A stretch of 64,000 bases of DNA from positions 1 through 64,000 of the IMG/VR virus record IMGVR_UViG_3300021598_001271, one strand, 5' to 3'. A program made the position numbers and the translations under genes. Origin of the DNA: a virus. The stretch's first letter is position 1; every line of letters starts with the position of its first letter. The notes under the pieces were generated by a model, which worked only from the letters and a program-made list of their open reading frames with translations, was not told the origin of the DNA and searched no databases. Below are positions 28,564 to 38,294 of this stretch, in pieces.

Positions 28564-28899
28564 ATGAAAAATTTCGATTTAAAGTCTACTCTTGAAAGAA
28601 TTAAAACATTTGTTAAACATTTTATGTTTTATGTTGTGTTTGTATTATCTTTAGTGGTTGGGTTTTCTGTAGGTTACTACTACAACACAATTAAATCCTA
28701 TAAGAAGAATATCTACTCACCTGAAGTGGTAATGAAAAAAGACATCACTTTAGCAATCGACGAATCTAACAATATGATTGTCATTAATAAGAAGGATGGT
28801 ACCTACATTGTCTACCAAGACAGTGTTGGATACACAATCTTTAACTTTTACGCCAAAAATATTTGGGGTGAACATAATTCAACACCAGTTAAAAAATAA
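28564..28899 (+). CDS. Membrane-anchored protein
   Basis: Single TM segment; ATG at 28564. Confidence 0.7.
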   Translation: MKNFDLKSTLERIKTFVKHFMFYVVFVLSLVVGFSVGYYYNTIKSYKKNIYSPEVVMKKDITLAIDESNNMIVINKKDGTYIVYQDSVGYTIFNFYAKNIWGEHNSTPVKK

Positions 28900-29450
28900 T
28901 GAATATGAAATTCTTAAATTTCTTTAAGTATTGGTACGTAATTGCTTGTACGTTTATTTTGTTGACGAGTCTTTCTGCCGTTTTTGACGAGGACTTGTCT
29001 CCAAATAAACGTTTAGAACAAGCATCTTTAAAACCTAACTCCCCTGTTTCTTTACAGATGTATTATCTTCTTGAAAAATATTCTGAAGAATATAAGATAC
29101 CTAAATACATTGCTTACAATGTGGCATTTTTGGAAACAAGGTATCGAGGTCCATTTGATTGGGATTACAATCCTTATTTGATTTCATCTGCAGGTGCGGT
29201 TGGTCCTATGCAAGTAATGGTTAGAACCGCCGAGTATGTAAATAAAAAAGATATTACTAAATCTAATTTGAAAAATAACTTGGAGTTAAATATTTCAACA
29301 AGTATGAAATTGTTAAATAAGTTATATAACCAATATGAAGACTGGGGAATATCCTGTGGTTATTACAATACAGGATATCCTAAGGTAAATGATTATGCTT
29401 TATTCTGTGTAACAAATAAAAATTACACTAAGAATTGGGAATCTTATTGA
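28899..29450 (+). CDS. Lytic transglycosylase (SLT domain)
   Basis: AFLET, SSAGAVGPMQV, YNTG; N-terminal anchor. Confidence 0.85.
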   Translation: MNMKFLNFFKYWYVIACTFILLTSLSAVFDEDLSPNKRLEQASLKPNSPVSLQMYYLLEKYSEEYKIPKYIAYNVAFLETRYRGPFDWDYNPYLISSAGAVGPMQVMVRTAEYVNKKDITKSNLKNNLELNISTSMKLLNKLYNQYEDWGISCGYYNTGYPKVNDYALFCVTNKNYTKNWESY

Positions 29451-31411
29451 TTAAAGAATTTTTTTCTGATTTCAAAATTAACATCAACCTTATTTAACTT
29501 ATCATTCAACCAATCTAACATATTAGATTCACTACTGAAAAGTTCTTGCGGGTCTTCATTATCTCTTAAAGGTAATTCTACAACTCTTTTAGCACCATCT
29601 AAATAATGAGCACCACTATTTTTAGGCCCGTATTTAATTACTCCGTTGTCACCAACTAAAATTAAGTCGTGTACTATATCGTCACAGTCAATACCATTAC
29701 CATCCACAATTATATATTCTAAATCTTGGAAAGGACTGTATGACCTGTAACCATCAATATGGGGTAACATTTCTTTATCATCATCCGATTCTAACAATCC
29801 AAAATGCTCAGGTTGTTCTAAGTCAGGTTGTAATCTATAATTTGTAGTTAATTCTTCACCTTTCTTAATTGGTCGAGACGCTACTAAAAATCTTTGTTTG
29901 TCCTTTAAAACATTGTGACAGTTAGGGTCATCACTATGGTTGTGCATTTTACCTAATTCTGTAAAATCATAACTAACTCCAGGTTTGTTTATAGTATGTA
30001 AAAGTCCAATGGTTTCATTCTCTTCCAAATCATTTTTTGCAAATGAACCTTTTCCCTGGATATCACTTTTATCTACGTAATATTTTTTAACATCAACGTT
30101 TTCAGTAATATTATTAGATTCGTTATTAATTTTGTCTTTCAATTGTTTAACAAATTCATTTTGAATCATTTTAGTAAATTTAACATAAGGTGAATCGTCT
30201 GATTCAGGATTATACTTATAAGTTCCTTGTGGTGGTCTGCTAGACCTTCCTAAGTAACTAAGACCTGAAATATTTGTAATACATTTATGTCCACCGCTAT
30301 TTGCTTGAATTAAGTCCCAAGCCGAAACACCAATATTATCTAATATCAACATTTCTTCTTCAGTTAATTCAGATGTTGGTTTGTTCATTAATTCTCTAAC
30401 TCTCATTAGATAATCAGCACCACCATCAACAGATTTAAATTTATCACCGTATAATGCAGTGAAGTCTTTAAACGTGAATCCTACTGATTCAGGTCCAAAT
30501 CCTTTAGAAGATTCCGAAATCCACTTAATAGTTGATAACGAAACTCTCTTTTCTTTAAGTTGTGATTCCCATTTAGATAAAACATCTTGTGCAATCTCAC
30601 CAAGATTTACTCCTTTTAATTCTCTTTCTTTTTTAAATGGATTACAAGAGGCTTGAACCAATCCTAATGGCCAAGCAATAACCAAGAAATCCGCTTCAGG
30701 ATTATTTTTAAATGGAGTATATCTATCATAGGAACCTGGCTTCATCATACTACCACCACCATACTGAACGATAATATTGTCGTCAATCTTAACGTTAGGA
30801 TGTGACTTCATTTGTTGAACGTAACCCTCTTTATTTTTTTCTAACTCAACTTCTTTAGGATAACCTTTATCACCCATTATTTTCTTTATTTCAGTAAAAA
30901 TACTCATTAAAGATGGTTGACAGTTCATAACCAACTGTTCAAGGAATCCTGGTTTATTTTTAAAAGCCAATAATAATTTGTTAGTAACTAAACCTAATAA
31001 AGTTTTGTTTTTAGCTAAATCAGAATCTTTGTCAATTCTATAGATATAGTTCATAACCATATCTGGAGTAATTTCGTTTTTGGCATAGTCAGCACTATCG
31101 ACCATTGAAATTAAGAATATGTCTTTCGCAGGGAATAGGTCTCCAGGGGATACTATCTGAGAAATAAAGTCCACTAAGACAGGCATTGTATCACCCTGAG
31201 CATCATTCTTCTTAACAGAAAACTCTTTATCACCATATTGAATTACGTGAGCGTCAACTACTTTAATACCATTGTTCTCAAGGTATTTTTTCATCGCAAT
31301 AGCGGTAGTAACACCGTCTAAATCTTGGTGAAAGTATATTTCCGCTTTTGGATATCTTTTTTTAAGTAGGTTAATATCTCTTAACCCTGATTCTTTTAAA
31401 ATTCTTTTCAT
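29444..31411 (-). CDS. Multidomain protein: DHH/DHHA1-like phosphoesterase + SET domain + C-terminal module
   Basis: FHQDLDG, VD, SGGH; then GKGSFA..NHSDDPNC..IKKGEELTTNY. Confidence 0.8.
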   Translation of the reverse strand: MKRILKESGLRDINLLKKRYPKAEIYFHQDLDGVTTAIAMKKYLENNGIKVVDAHVIQYGDKEFSVKKNDAQGDTMPVLVDFISQIVSPGDLFPAKDIFLISMVDSADYAKNEITPDMVMNYIYRIDKDSDLAKNKTLLGLVTNKLLLAFKNKPGFLEQLVMNCQPSLMSIFTEIKKIMGDKGYPKEVELEKNKEGYVQQMKSHPNVKIDDNIIVQYGGGSMMKPGSYDRYTPFKNNPEADFLVIAWPLGLVQASCNPFKKERELKGVNLGEIAQDVLSKWESQLKEKRVSLSTIKWISESSKGFGPESVGFTFKDFTALYGDKFKSVDGGADYLMRVRELMNKPTSELTEEEMLILDNIGVSAWDLIQANSGGHKCITNISGLSYLGRSSRPPQGTYKYNPESDDSPYVKFTKMIQNEFVKQLKDKINNESNNITENVDVKKYYVDKSDIQGKGSFAKNDLEENETIGLLHTINKPGVSYDFTELGKMHNHSDDPNCHNVLKDKQRFLVASRPIKKGEELTTNYRLQPDLEQPEHFGLLESDDDKEMLPHIDGYRSYSPFQDLEYIIVDGNGIDCDDIVHDLILVGDNGVIKYGPKNSGAHYLDGAKRVVELPLRDNEDPQELFSSESNMLDWLNDKLNKVDVNFEIRKKFFNQ

Positions 31412-31414
31412 ATA

Positions 31415-31801
31415 TTAATCCCACCCTAACCAGTGCATTGCTTTATCAAAAAGGTCACCTTCATCTGATTTACATTCGTTAAACAAGTTTCTGTCTTTCT
31501 GAGGCATTTTAGACATTGTATTATAACCCCATACACCATCTTGGTCAGCGTTAATCATACCTTGGTAATTGAAAATAGCTTGAGCAGTTTTTGAATTAGG
31601 ATAATTACCGATACTACCATCAACAACTAAAGAATTACCCGCATCGTCCTTCACACCTTTTTTGTTTAAGAAACATTGTACCGCTCTCTTAAAATTATAC
31701 TCTTCTAATTGTTCAAAGATATTACCTTTTGATTTTTCTTCTTGATGTAATTTAAGAATTGAATCTTTTTCCGATTCATTTATAATAAATCTCTTATTCA
31801 T
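31415..31801 (-). CDS. Leader-bearing peptidoglycan-binding-domain protein
   Basis: INESEKDSILKLH; VQCFL..VDGSIG..T..AI..YQ..DGVWG..T. Confidence 0.75.
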   Translation of the reverse strand: MNKRFIINESEKDSILKLHQEEKSKGNIFEQLEEYNFKRAVQCFLNKKGVKDDAGNSLVVDGSIGNYPNSKTAQAIFNYQGMINADQDGVWGYNTMSKMPQKDRNLFNECKSDEGDLFDKAMHWLGWD

Positions 31802-31846
31802 AATAAATTGTTTTAGTTATAAATATTCAATAAATAAAAAAAGGGG

Positions 31847-32701
31847 TTATAAAACCCCTTCAATTACTAATTGTTTTTTCTTTTCAACAAACTCATTAAC
31901 TCGTTTTCTTGCAACATCTGTATATGATTCAGAAAGTTCAATACCAATCCAACGTCTGTCATTAACCTCAGCCGCAACTAAACTAGTACCCGACCCTACA
32001 AATGGGTCAAGAACAATATCATTTCTATATGTTAAAATTTTAATGGCTTTCGCTGGAATATCCATTGAGAATGTTGCTTTAGTCATTTGTTTAGTGTCTG
32101 CAAAGTATTCCCACTGACCGTACACTAAACTCATAAATTCTTTTTTAGATTCTTCAGGGTACATAATTTTGGTTTTAAACGTACCATCCGCCTGTTCCAT
32201 ATCAACAGGTTCACCAACCCATTGTGGTTCACCTTTTTCCTGTTTTTTAGAATTAATCTTATATCCTAATATTACACACTCTTTAGGATTATAGATATAT
32301 GGAGATGATGGCGACATCCAAGAACCCCAAGCAGTTGTTTTACTTCTGTGTGGAGACTGTTCGTCAAGGTCTACAAGACCAAAGAATTTAAAACCAACTT
32401 CTTTCATAATCATCCAAAACTCAGCCATAAATAAAATACGACCACCTCTATCTTGAACATTAACTTCGTATGGAATGTTAACGGCAATTCTACCTCCAAC
32501 CTTTAAAGTTCTGTACGACTCAGATAACCATTGTTTAGTAAATTCCCAATACTCATCCATACTCATTCTATCATTGTGTGAATCATATTCAATCCCAACA
32601 TTATATGGAGGACTAGTAACTACTAAATCTATTGAATTTTCAGGAAATTTAGACATTTCTTTAATGCAATCCCCATTAATAACTTTTTGTGTCTCTATCA
32701 T
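31847..32701 (-). CDS. DNA methyltransferase, N4C/N6A beta class
   Basis: VTSPPY precedes LDPFVGSGTS. Confidence 0.9.
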   Translation of the reverse strand: MIETQKVINGDCIKEMSKFPENSIDLVVTSPPYNVGIEYDSHNDRMSMDEYWEFTKQWLSESYRTLKVGGRIAVNIPYEVNVQDRGGRILFMAEFWMIMKEVGFKFFGLVDLDEQSPHRSKTTAWGSWMSPSSPYIYNPKECVILGYKINSKKQEKGEPQWVGEPVDMEQADGTFKTKIMYPEESKKEFMSLVYGQWEYFADTKQMTKATFSMDIPAKAIKILTYRNDIVLDPFVGSGTSLVAAEVNDRRWIGIELSESYTDVARKRVNEFVEKKKQLVIEGVL

Positions 32702-32790
32702 TATATTTTTTTTACATCCAACCTCTACCAGATTTTTCCATAGATATTAATCTTTGTTCTTCAACAAAAATCATAAACTTGTAAAAATTT

Positions 32791-32919
32791 TTAAGAATCC
32801 TGAATAGTTTTTTGTTTAATTTCTTTATTTTTACTATAAGCATCACAATCAATTTTTTCACTTGTTTTACAACTACAAATTGTCACAAAGATTAAGAGAA
32901 ATAATAGTATTTTTTTCAT
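32791..32919 (-). CDS. Small lipoprotein (42 aa, absent from ORF track)
   Basis: MKKILLFLLIFVTICS-CKTSEKIDCDAY. Confidence 0.65.
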   Translation of the reverse strand: MKKILLFLLIFVTICSCKTSEKIDCDAYSKNKEIKQKTIQDS

Positions 32920-32921
32920 AA

Positions 32922-33227
32922 CTAATCAATATTTTCAGATAATCTGTATACAGTTATACCACCTTTTTTAATTGGTTCAATCATTAAATCTAGAAATACT
33001 GCGTTTTGTTCACCAGCGTGAAGACCTAAGATATTGAAATCATAAAATTCTTCGGCTTCTCCTTGAGTCATTAAATCACGTTCACAAAGAATCTGAATTA
33101 TCTTAGGTTTAGAGTATAGAATTCTTCTACCGTTACCGAATTCTTCTACAATACCTACGATTGCATCTTCAAGACCGTCAAGTAATATTGCCCCCTCAGC
33201 GTATTCGTTGATATCAACAGTTATCAT
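32922..33227 (-). CDS. Hypothetical phage protein
   Basis: DGLEDAIVG..EAEEFYDFNILG. Confidence 0.7.
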   Translation of the reverse strand: MITVDINEYAEGAILLDGLEDAIVGIVEEFGNGRRILYSKPKIIQILCERDLMTQGEAEEFYDFNILGLHAGEQNAVFLDLMIEPIKKGGITVYRLSENID

Positions 33228-33445
33228 TAGTCTTTAATATTAAAATATTTTTCAATCGCCTCCAATTTATCGTCAGCATCAACTAATAATGTTAACGCCT
33301 CAGATGCGTCTTTTAAGAAATCATTTGCCGTGTGGTCTCCAATACCAACTGCTTGATTTTCTAACAGGTCTAAAGCCATTAATGCTTTTTCTTTATCTGC
33401 CAAAGCCTGTGCTTTCAAAGCTGCGAATACTCTACTTTTTTTCAT
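33227..33445 (-). CDS. Hypothetical phage protein
   Basis: VGIGDH motif; ATG at 33445. Confidence 0.7.
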   Translation of the reverse strand: MKKSRVFAALKAQALADKEKALMALDLLENQAVGIGDHTANDFLKDASEALTLLVDADDKLEAIEKYFNIKD

Positions 33446-33656
33446 TTTTTTTACGTTTTTTTTGTTTTGGTTTAATATTGTTAGAATGGTTATCTTCAAT
33501 TTCTTTCTCAAAGATAACTTCTTTTTTACTTTCTTTAACTGTGTTTTTATTTATTTCAGTTTCAATAATTTCTTTAAAACTTTTATTTGAATTAGTTTGT
33601 TTTGTTTTATTTTTTTTAACAAAAATTAGTTTAAAAAACTTTTCAAAAATACTCAT
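33432..33656 (-). CDS. Lys-rich hypothetical protein
   Basis: Overlaps both neighbours in operon. Confidence 0.5.
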   Translation of the reverse strand: MSIFEKFFKLIFVKKNKTKQTNSNKSFKEIIETEINKNTVKESKKEVIFEKEIEDNHSNNIKPKQKKRKKNEKK

Positions 33657-33877
33657 AGATTATTATTTTCTAAATTATTTATTTTTCTTTCCAAGTACCA
33701 CAAAGCCTTTTTTAAATCTTGTAGTTCTTTATCCGTACCTTTTTTACCCGCCCTTGAAATATATTTAACAGTATTTCCAAGATGGAAATCTAAATCCCAA
33801 GCTTCAATAACTTTAATTGCTTCATATAGATTTTCTTCACCCCCGTAATGTTGTGGATGATTTACTTGTTCACTCAT
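33653..33877 (-). CDS. DUF3310-family protein
   Basis: VNHPQHY..GNTVKYISRAGKK..DLKKALWYL. Confidence 0.85.
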   Translation of the reverse strand: MSEQVNHPQHYGGEENLYEAIKVIEAWDLDFHLGNTVKYISRAGKKGTDKELQDLKKALWYLERKINNLENNNL

Positions 33878-33880
33878 AAA

Positions 33881-35122
33881 TTAATCGTTATAAATTGACC
33901 CGTTTTTATTATTCTTAAATCCTATGTTAGTTGATTCTACATTAGCTTTAGACTCCATCAAGTCTTCAGTTAACTCGTACTCATCATCATTTTGATATTC
34001 CTTTAACAAGTCTTCATTTGAAATGATTCCATTAAACTTGTCTTTTAGTTTTGTAGTGTCAACATCGTTGTACATTGCGTGTAATGTTGTGTCCAACTCT
34101 TCAGATAATTTTAATGATTCTGAAATAACATTAAGAATTCTATATGGGTCTGCGTTTGAACCAGGTCGTCTATCTTCAAGATAACCTTTCCAAGTTTCCC
34201 CAACAACCTTTGGAACTCTAATTGAAGCACCTCTGTCAGATACCCCCCAACTAAACTTATCAATTGATTGTGTTTCGTGTTTACCAGTTAAACGAAGATT
34301 ATTATCTGAACCGTAATTGTCAATATGAACTTTTTGTCTAGACTCAAATACTTTGAATATTGAATTGAAGTAATCTTCTCCTCCTATTTCTCTCATTCTT
34401 TTATTTGAGAAGTTAGTATGTAATCCTGAACCATTCCAATCACCTGATGTAATTGGTTTTGGATGTAGTTCTATTTGATATCCATACTTTTCGGCCAATT
34501 TATAAAGTAGGTATCTTGACATCCATAAGTCATCAGCCGCCTTTAAAATACCTTTTGAAAATGTTTGGTACTCCCACTGACCTAAAGCAACTTCGGCGTT
34601 AGTACCTTCAACAGTAATACCAAGGTCAAGACATAAGTCTAAATGTTCATCACTCAAATGTCTACCAAAGATTTGACCTCCAACACCGCAGTAGTATTTA
34701 CCTTGGGGGTCAATCATTGAGCCGTTATCAAACCCTAAAATGTTTTTATTATGTCCTGAACGGATGAAGTACTCTTGCTCAAATCCAACCCAAAAATCCG
34801 AGTCCTCTTTCCCTAACTTAAATCTTTGATTGGTTTCGTGAGGTTTGTTATTTTTGTCATAAACTTCACAAAGAACATAAAATAAAGGGTATTGCTCATC
34901 GTTTTTAATCATACTACTGTATATTCTAACAGGTTTTAAATAACAGTCTGAAGAATAACCTTCGGCTTGCATAGTTGAGCTGCCATCAAAACCCCACTCT
35001 GGTATATTCTCAATACTTAAACTGTTGTGGTTCTGTTTATTGTCGATGATTTTAATTTTACTTCTGAGGTTTGGTTCTGGTTTGTATCCATCTAACCAAA
35101 CATATTCTAATTTAATTTTCAT
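33881..35122 (-). CDS. glnII: Glutamine synthetase type II
   Basis: EYVWLDG, WGFDGSST, GFEQEY, NAEVALGQWE, DWNGSG.H, RLTGKHET, YLEDRRP. Confidence 0.95.
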   Translation of the reverse strand: MKIKLEYVWLDGYKPEPNLRSKIKIIDNKQNHNSLSIENIPEWGFDGSSTMQAEGYSSDCYLKPVRIYSSMIKNDEQYPLFYVLCEVYDKNNKPHETNQRFKLGKEDSDFWVGFEQEYFIRSGHNKNILGFDNGSMIDPQGKYYCGVGGQIFGRHLSDEHLDLCLDLGITVEGTNAEVALGQWEYQTFSKGILKAADDLWMSRYLLYKLAEKYGYQIELHPKPITSGDWNGSGLHTNFSNKRMREIGGEDYFNSIFKVFESRQKVHIDNYGSDNNLRLTGKHETQSIDKFSWGVSDRGASIRVPKVVGETWKGYLEDRRPGSNADPYRILNVISESLKLSEELDTTLHAMYNDVDTTKLKDKFNGIISNEDLLKEYQNDDEYELTEDLMESKANVESTNIGFKNNKNGSIYND

Positions 35123-35382
35123 AATTTAATAAAATAATATTTGCCAAGTTTTAAAGATTTTTTATGTTTATATCTAACAGAAAATAGAGGTTTTTCAGTC
35201 ACTATAAATCCTTTCTCATTATCACCTAATCTAATGTAGAAAGAACTGTCATTCGAACCAAGTAAAATAGGATAACCCAACAACTTAATAAAGTGTTGAG
35301 TTCCATACCCGTCAATTCTATAGGTTTTTTTTTGGAATAACGTAGTATTCTTTCGCGTATTTACTTTCCTCGATTTCGCCAT
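35119..35382 (-). CDS. Hypothetical protein, start uncertain
   Basis: Operonic ORF. Confidence 0.45.
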   Translation of the reverse strand: MAKSRKVNTRKNTTLFQKKTYRIDGYGTQHFIKLLGYPILLGSNDSSFYIRLGDNEKGFIVTEKPLFSVRYKHKKSLKLGKYYFIKL

Positions 35383-35512
35383 TATCGGTTAATGTTTTTA
35401 ATATTTCTTTAGTTTTTACAATATCTTCTTTTAGGATATATTTGCTTATGTAATCAATGTGTATTGGTTGTCTTAACTTAGACATTAAAAGTTTACTTTG
35501 TTTCGTTGTCAT
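35318..35512 (-). CDS. Small winged-helix-like protein
   Basis: 64 aa; PIHIDYIS..L..GEIEE..YY. Confidence 0.55.
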   Translation of the reverse strand: MTTKQSKLLMSKLRQPIHIDYISKYILKEDIVKTKEILKTLTDNGEIEESKYAKEYYVIPKKNL

Positions 35513-35699
35513 TTATTTGTAAGATTTTAAGTTTAATATCTTCATCTGAAACTCCTTTACTGTATAGTTTATATACTTCAGACGCTAAAGAATCCATAAA
35601 AATTAACGCATCCGCTTTAAATAATTGCTCTAATGTTGAGCCACCTTTTAGATAGGTTTCTATTTTATTCTTATCCACAAATCGTTTGTTAAACCCCAT
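35493..35699 (-). CDS. Hypothetical protein
   Basis: 68-aa ORF. Confidence 0.6.
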   Translation of the reverse strand: MGFNKRFVDKNKIETYLKGGSTLEQLFKADALIFMDSLASEVYKLYSKGVSDEDIKLKILQINDNETK

Positions 35700-35749
35700 A
35701 TTGAAATAATTTTAATTAAAAATAATATTAAAAAACCACATTGTCAAAA

Positions 35750-36526
35750 CTAATCTTCAAGTTTTTTTATGTTTTCTAACCTAACACTTTGTAAAACGTA
35801 AGACATTAGTTTTCTTTTGAATAATGGTACCAAGGTTTCATTTAATGGATATTCTTCAGAAGCCTTCATATCAAATACTGGTGAGTTTTTTTTGTCTTTA
35901 TCAGAATAGTTGGAGTACAAATCAATAATTTGATTAAAGGTAAACTCTTTTTTATTACCATCGTATATCAAATGTAATTCAATATAGTGTTCATTAACAT
36001 TTTTTGCAAATTCATAAAGAGAATATTGCCAAACATAAACTTTATTATTTTTTTTATCCGTATAAGTCATATATCCAATACCATTTTTCATATACCTTTT
36101 ATTTCTTTTCAAAGTGATTGAGATGGTATCATAGATAATACTCCAATAAGATTTAACAATATTGAAATACTCAAAAAATTTTGCAGAAGAATATTTTAAA
36201 ATTGTATCAATTTCTTTGGTTTCTTCTTTATTTAAATTTGGTAAGTGTTTGACCAACAGGTCCTTGAATAAAACTTCGTCATCATAACTTTTAAAAACTT
36301 TTTCAGTATATAATATGACATTTTCTTTGAGAAGAGTTTGTAAACTCGCCAAATGTAGTGAAAGTTCTATAAATGTCGGATATATTTTATTTTGGTTAAG
36401 TAGGTCGTCAACCTTTTTAAAATACCCAAGTAGAACATATTTTTTATGTTCAAAATCAATTGGTTCTTGAATTAACCAATCAGTATCCATTAAAAATTTA
36501 ATATCTTTTTTTTCCTCTATCTCCAT
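35750..36526 (-). CDS. Hypothetical protein
   Basis: DW..PIDFEHKKYVLL.Y; PL.ETL.P..KR. Confidence 0.7.
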   Translation of the reverse strand: MEIEEKKDIKFLMDTDWLIQEPIDFEHKKYVLLGYFKKVDDLLNQNKIYPTFIELSLHLASLQTLLKENVILYTEKVFKSYDDEVLFKDLLVKHLPNLNKEETKEIDTILKYSSAKFFEYFNIVKSYWSIIYDTISITLKRNKRYMKNGIGYMTYTDKKNNKVYVWQYSLYEFAKNVNEHYIELHLIYDGNKKEFTFNQIIDLYSNYSDKDKKNSPVFDMKASEEYPLNETLVPLFKRKLMSYVLQSVRLENIKKLED

Positions 36527-36579
36527 ATTAGGACTATTATATATGAATAATAATACAATACAGAGAAATTTGAATAGTT

Positions 36580-37962
36580 TTAACCTACTCTCATAACAAT
36601 AAATGAGTCACCGTCAATATCCACTTCATCATAATTCCCATCATAACTATTCAGAATATGTCCAACACCATCGGTACTAATTATATCTTCAATTGCGCTT
36701 TGTCTGTCAATATATTCCCCAATTTTAAAACCCCAGTCTTTCATATAATCAATAAGATTTCTCTTAACATCGTACAATAATTCTTCAACTTTATTGTCAA
36801 TCATATCCTGACTTGGGTCGCCATCGGGTTCCATCTCGTCAATTTCTTCCTGTAATGAATCTATATGGTCTTGTATTTGGTCATACATTCTAGAATATTC
36901 ATCAGGTTCTTCGATTTCACTATCAAGGTTTTCTTGTTTTTCCTCCCATTGTCTAATCTCATCTTCAAGTTGTTCTTTCCTTTTTTCCTGTTCAGAACTT
37001 AATTCAAAATCATCATCACTAAAATAAACATCAGGATTTTCCGCAACATCGTATTCGTAATGGTCTCTGAAATAATCTAAAACTTCGTCTTCATTAATAT
37101 GGTTTTCTAAAAAACTTTCACTAAAATAATACTCAGGACTATCAAACTGTTCGTCTAAGTAATCTTCACAAGATTTTTCGGCTTCGTATTCAGTACCTAC
37201 CGCATATTCCGCTCCTTCTAAATCATCATTACCAACAACTTCAAATTTCATCATACGATAAAACCCATAACCTTCTTCAGGTATTAAATTATATATGTCT
37301 AGTTTTTCATTTATTTCATTGATTTCATCCTCAACGGCTTCAATGTCTGCATAGATATCGGTTAAATCTCTGCCTTCACTATCATATTTCTTTTCCTTTT
37401 CTAATAAACTTTCCATCTGTTTATTAAGTTCGGACAAACGTTCGTTATCTAATGCAGTTCTGATATTTACACGAGTGTTACTGTTTTCAATGTACTCAAA
37501 TACCGCCCTCGCTCTAATACCTACATCATCCCCACTATCAGGACCCCATTCATCATCATCTCTTCTTTGTTGAGCCGAGGCTAATTTTTGTTGTTTAATC
37601 TTTTGTTTTCTTATTCTATCAACACCACTTTCATAATCACTAACTCTACCCTTAACATTAATGAATGAAATATCATTAATACCTGTACGACTAATATCTA
37701 AATTACCCTCAACATACCCAATACCTTCCAAACTTTTAATTGGTAAATCTTTAACAATTAAATCACCAGTTATCCATATCTTCTTACCTCTGTATTGTGG
37801 TAACATACTTACACCTTTAGCGTTATAGCTGGCGTATTTCATAATATCCAAATAAGTTTCAGGCGAAATTTTAACCCACTCATCATTATCAGTTTGTTCA
37901 AACAAAACTTTACTAATGATGTCCTTCAAGTTAGATTGTGTTACTTTTATAATTCTTCCCAT
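36580..37962 (-). CDS. Leader-bearing, highly acidic coiled-coil protein
   Basis: IKVTQSNL..VLFEQ; TATTTAT upstream. Confidence 0.75.
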   Translation of the reverse strand: MGRIIKVTQSNLKDIISKVLFEQTDNDEWVKISPETYLDIMKYASYNAKGVSMLPQYRGKKIWITGDLIVKDLPIKSLEGIGYVEGNLDISRTGINDISFINVKGRVSDYESGVDRIRKQKIKQQKLASAQQRRDDDEWGPDSGDDVGIRARAVFEYIENSNTRVNIRTALDNERLSELNKQMESLLEKEKKYDSEGRDLTDIYADIEAVEDEINEINEKLDIYNLIPEEGYGFYRMMKFEVVGNDDLEGAEYAVGTEYEAEKSCEDYLDEQFDSPEYYFSESFLENHINEDEVLDYFRDHYEYDVAENPDVYFSDDDFELSSEQEKRKEQLEDEIRQWEEKQENLDSEIEEPDEYSRMYDQIQDHIDSLQEEIDEMEPDGDPSQDMIDNKVEELLYDVKRNLIDYMKDWGFKIGEYIDRQSAIEDIISTDGVGHILNSYDGNYDEVDIDGDSFIVMRVG

Positions 37963-38082
37963 CTTTTATAAATATACTATAAATACTCACATTTTTTATT
38001 CTAAGAATTAAAAGTTATATTGACATTAAATCTTAAATGGTGATATTTATAGGTATAATAAACCACATTAATATCAATCACT

Positions 38083-38232
38083 ATGGGATGCGGATGTAAA
38101 AATAAAAATACTACGACAACACAACAGACTCAAACTCAACCAACTCAAAGTCAACCAGCTCAAACGTCGAAAAGCCAATCTGTTCAAGAAGCGATTAAAA
38201 AGACAATTGAAAAGTACTACACTAAGAGATAA
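38083..38232 (+). CDS. Small MGCGCK peptide (49 aa, absent from ORF track)
   Basis: TATTTAT at 38044; terminator at about 38256-38283. Confidence 0.7.
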   Translation: MGCGCKNKNTTTTQQTQTQPTQSQPAQTSKSQSVQEAIKKTIEKYYTKR

Positions 38233-38294
38233 TATAAATTGGGTCTTAAATTTTTAAAAGGGGAAATATTTCCCCTTTTTTTATATTTATTAGT

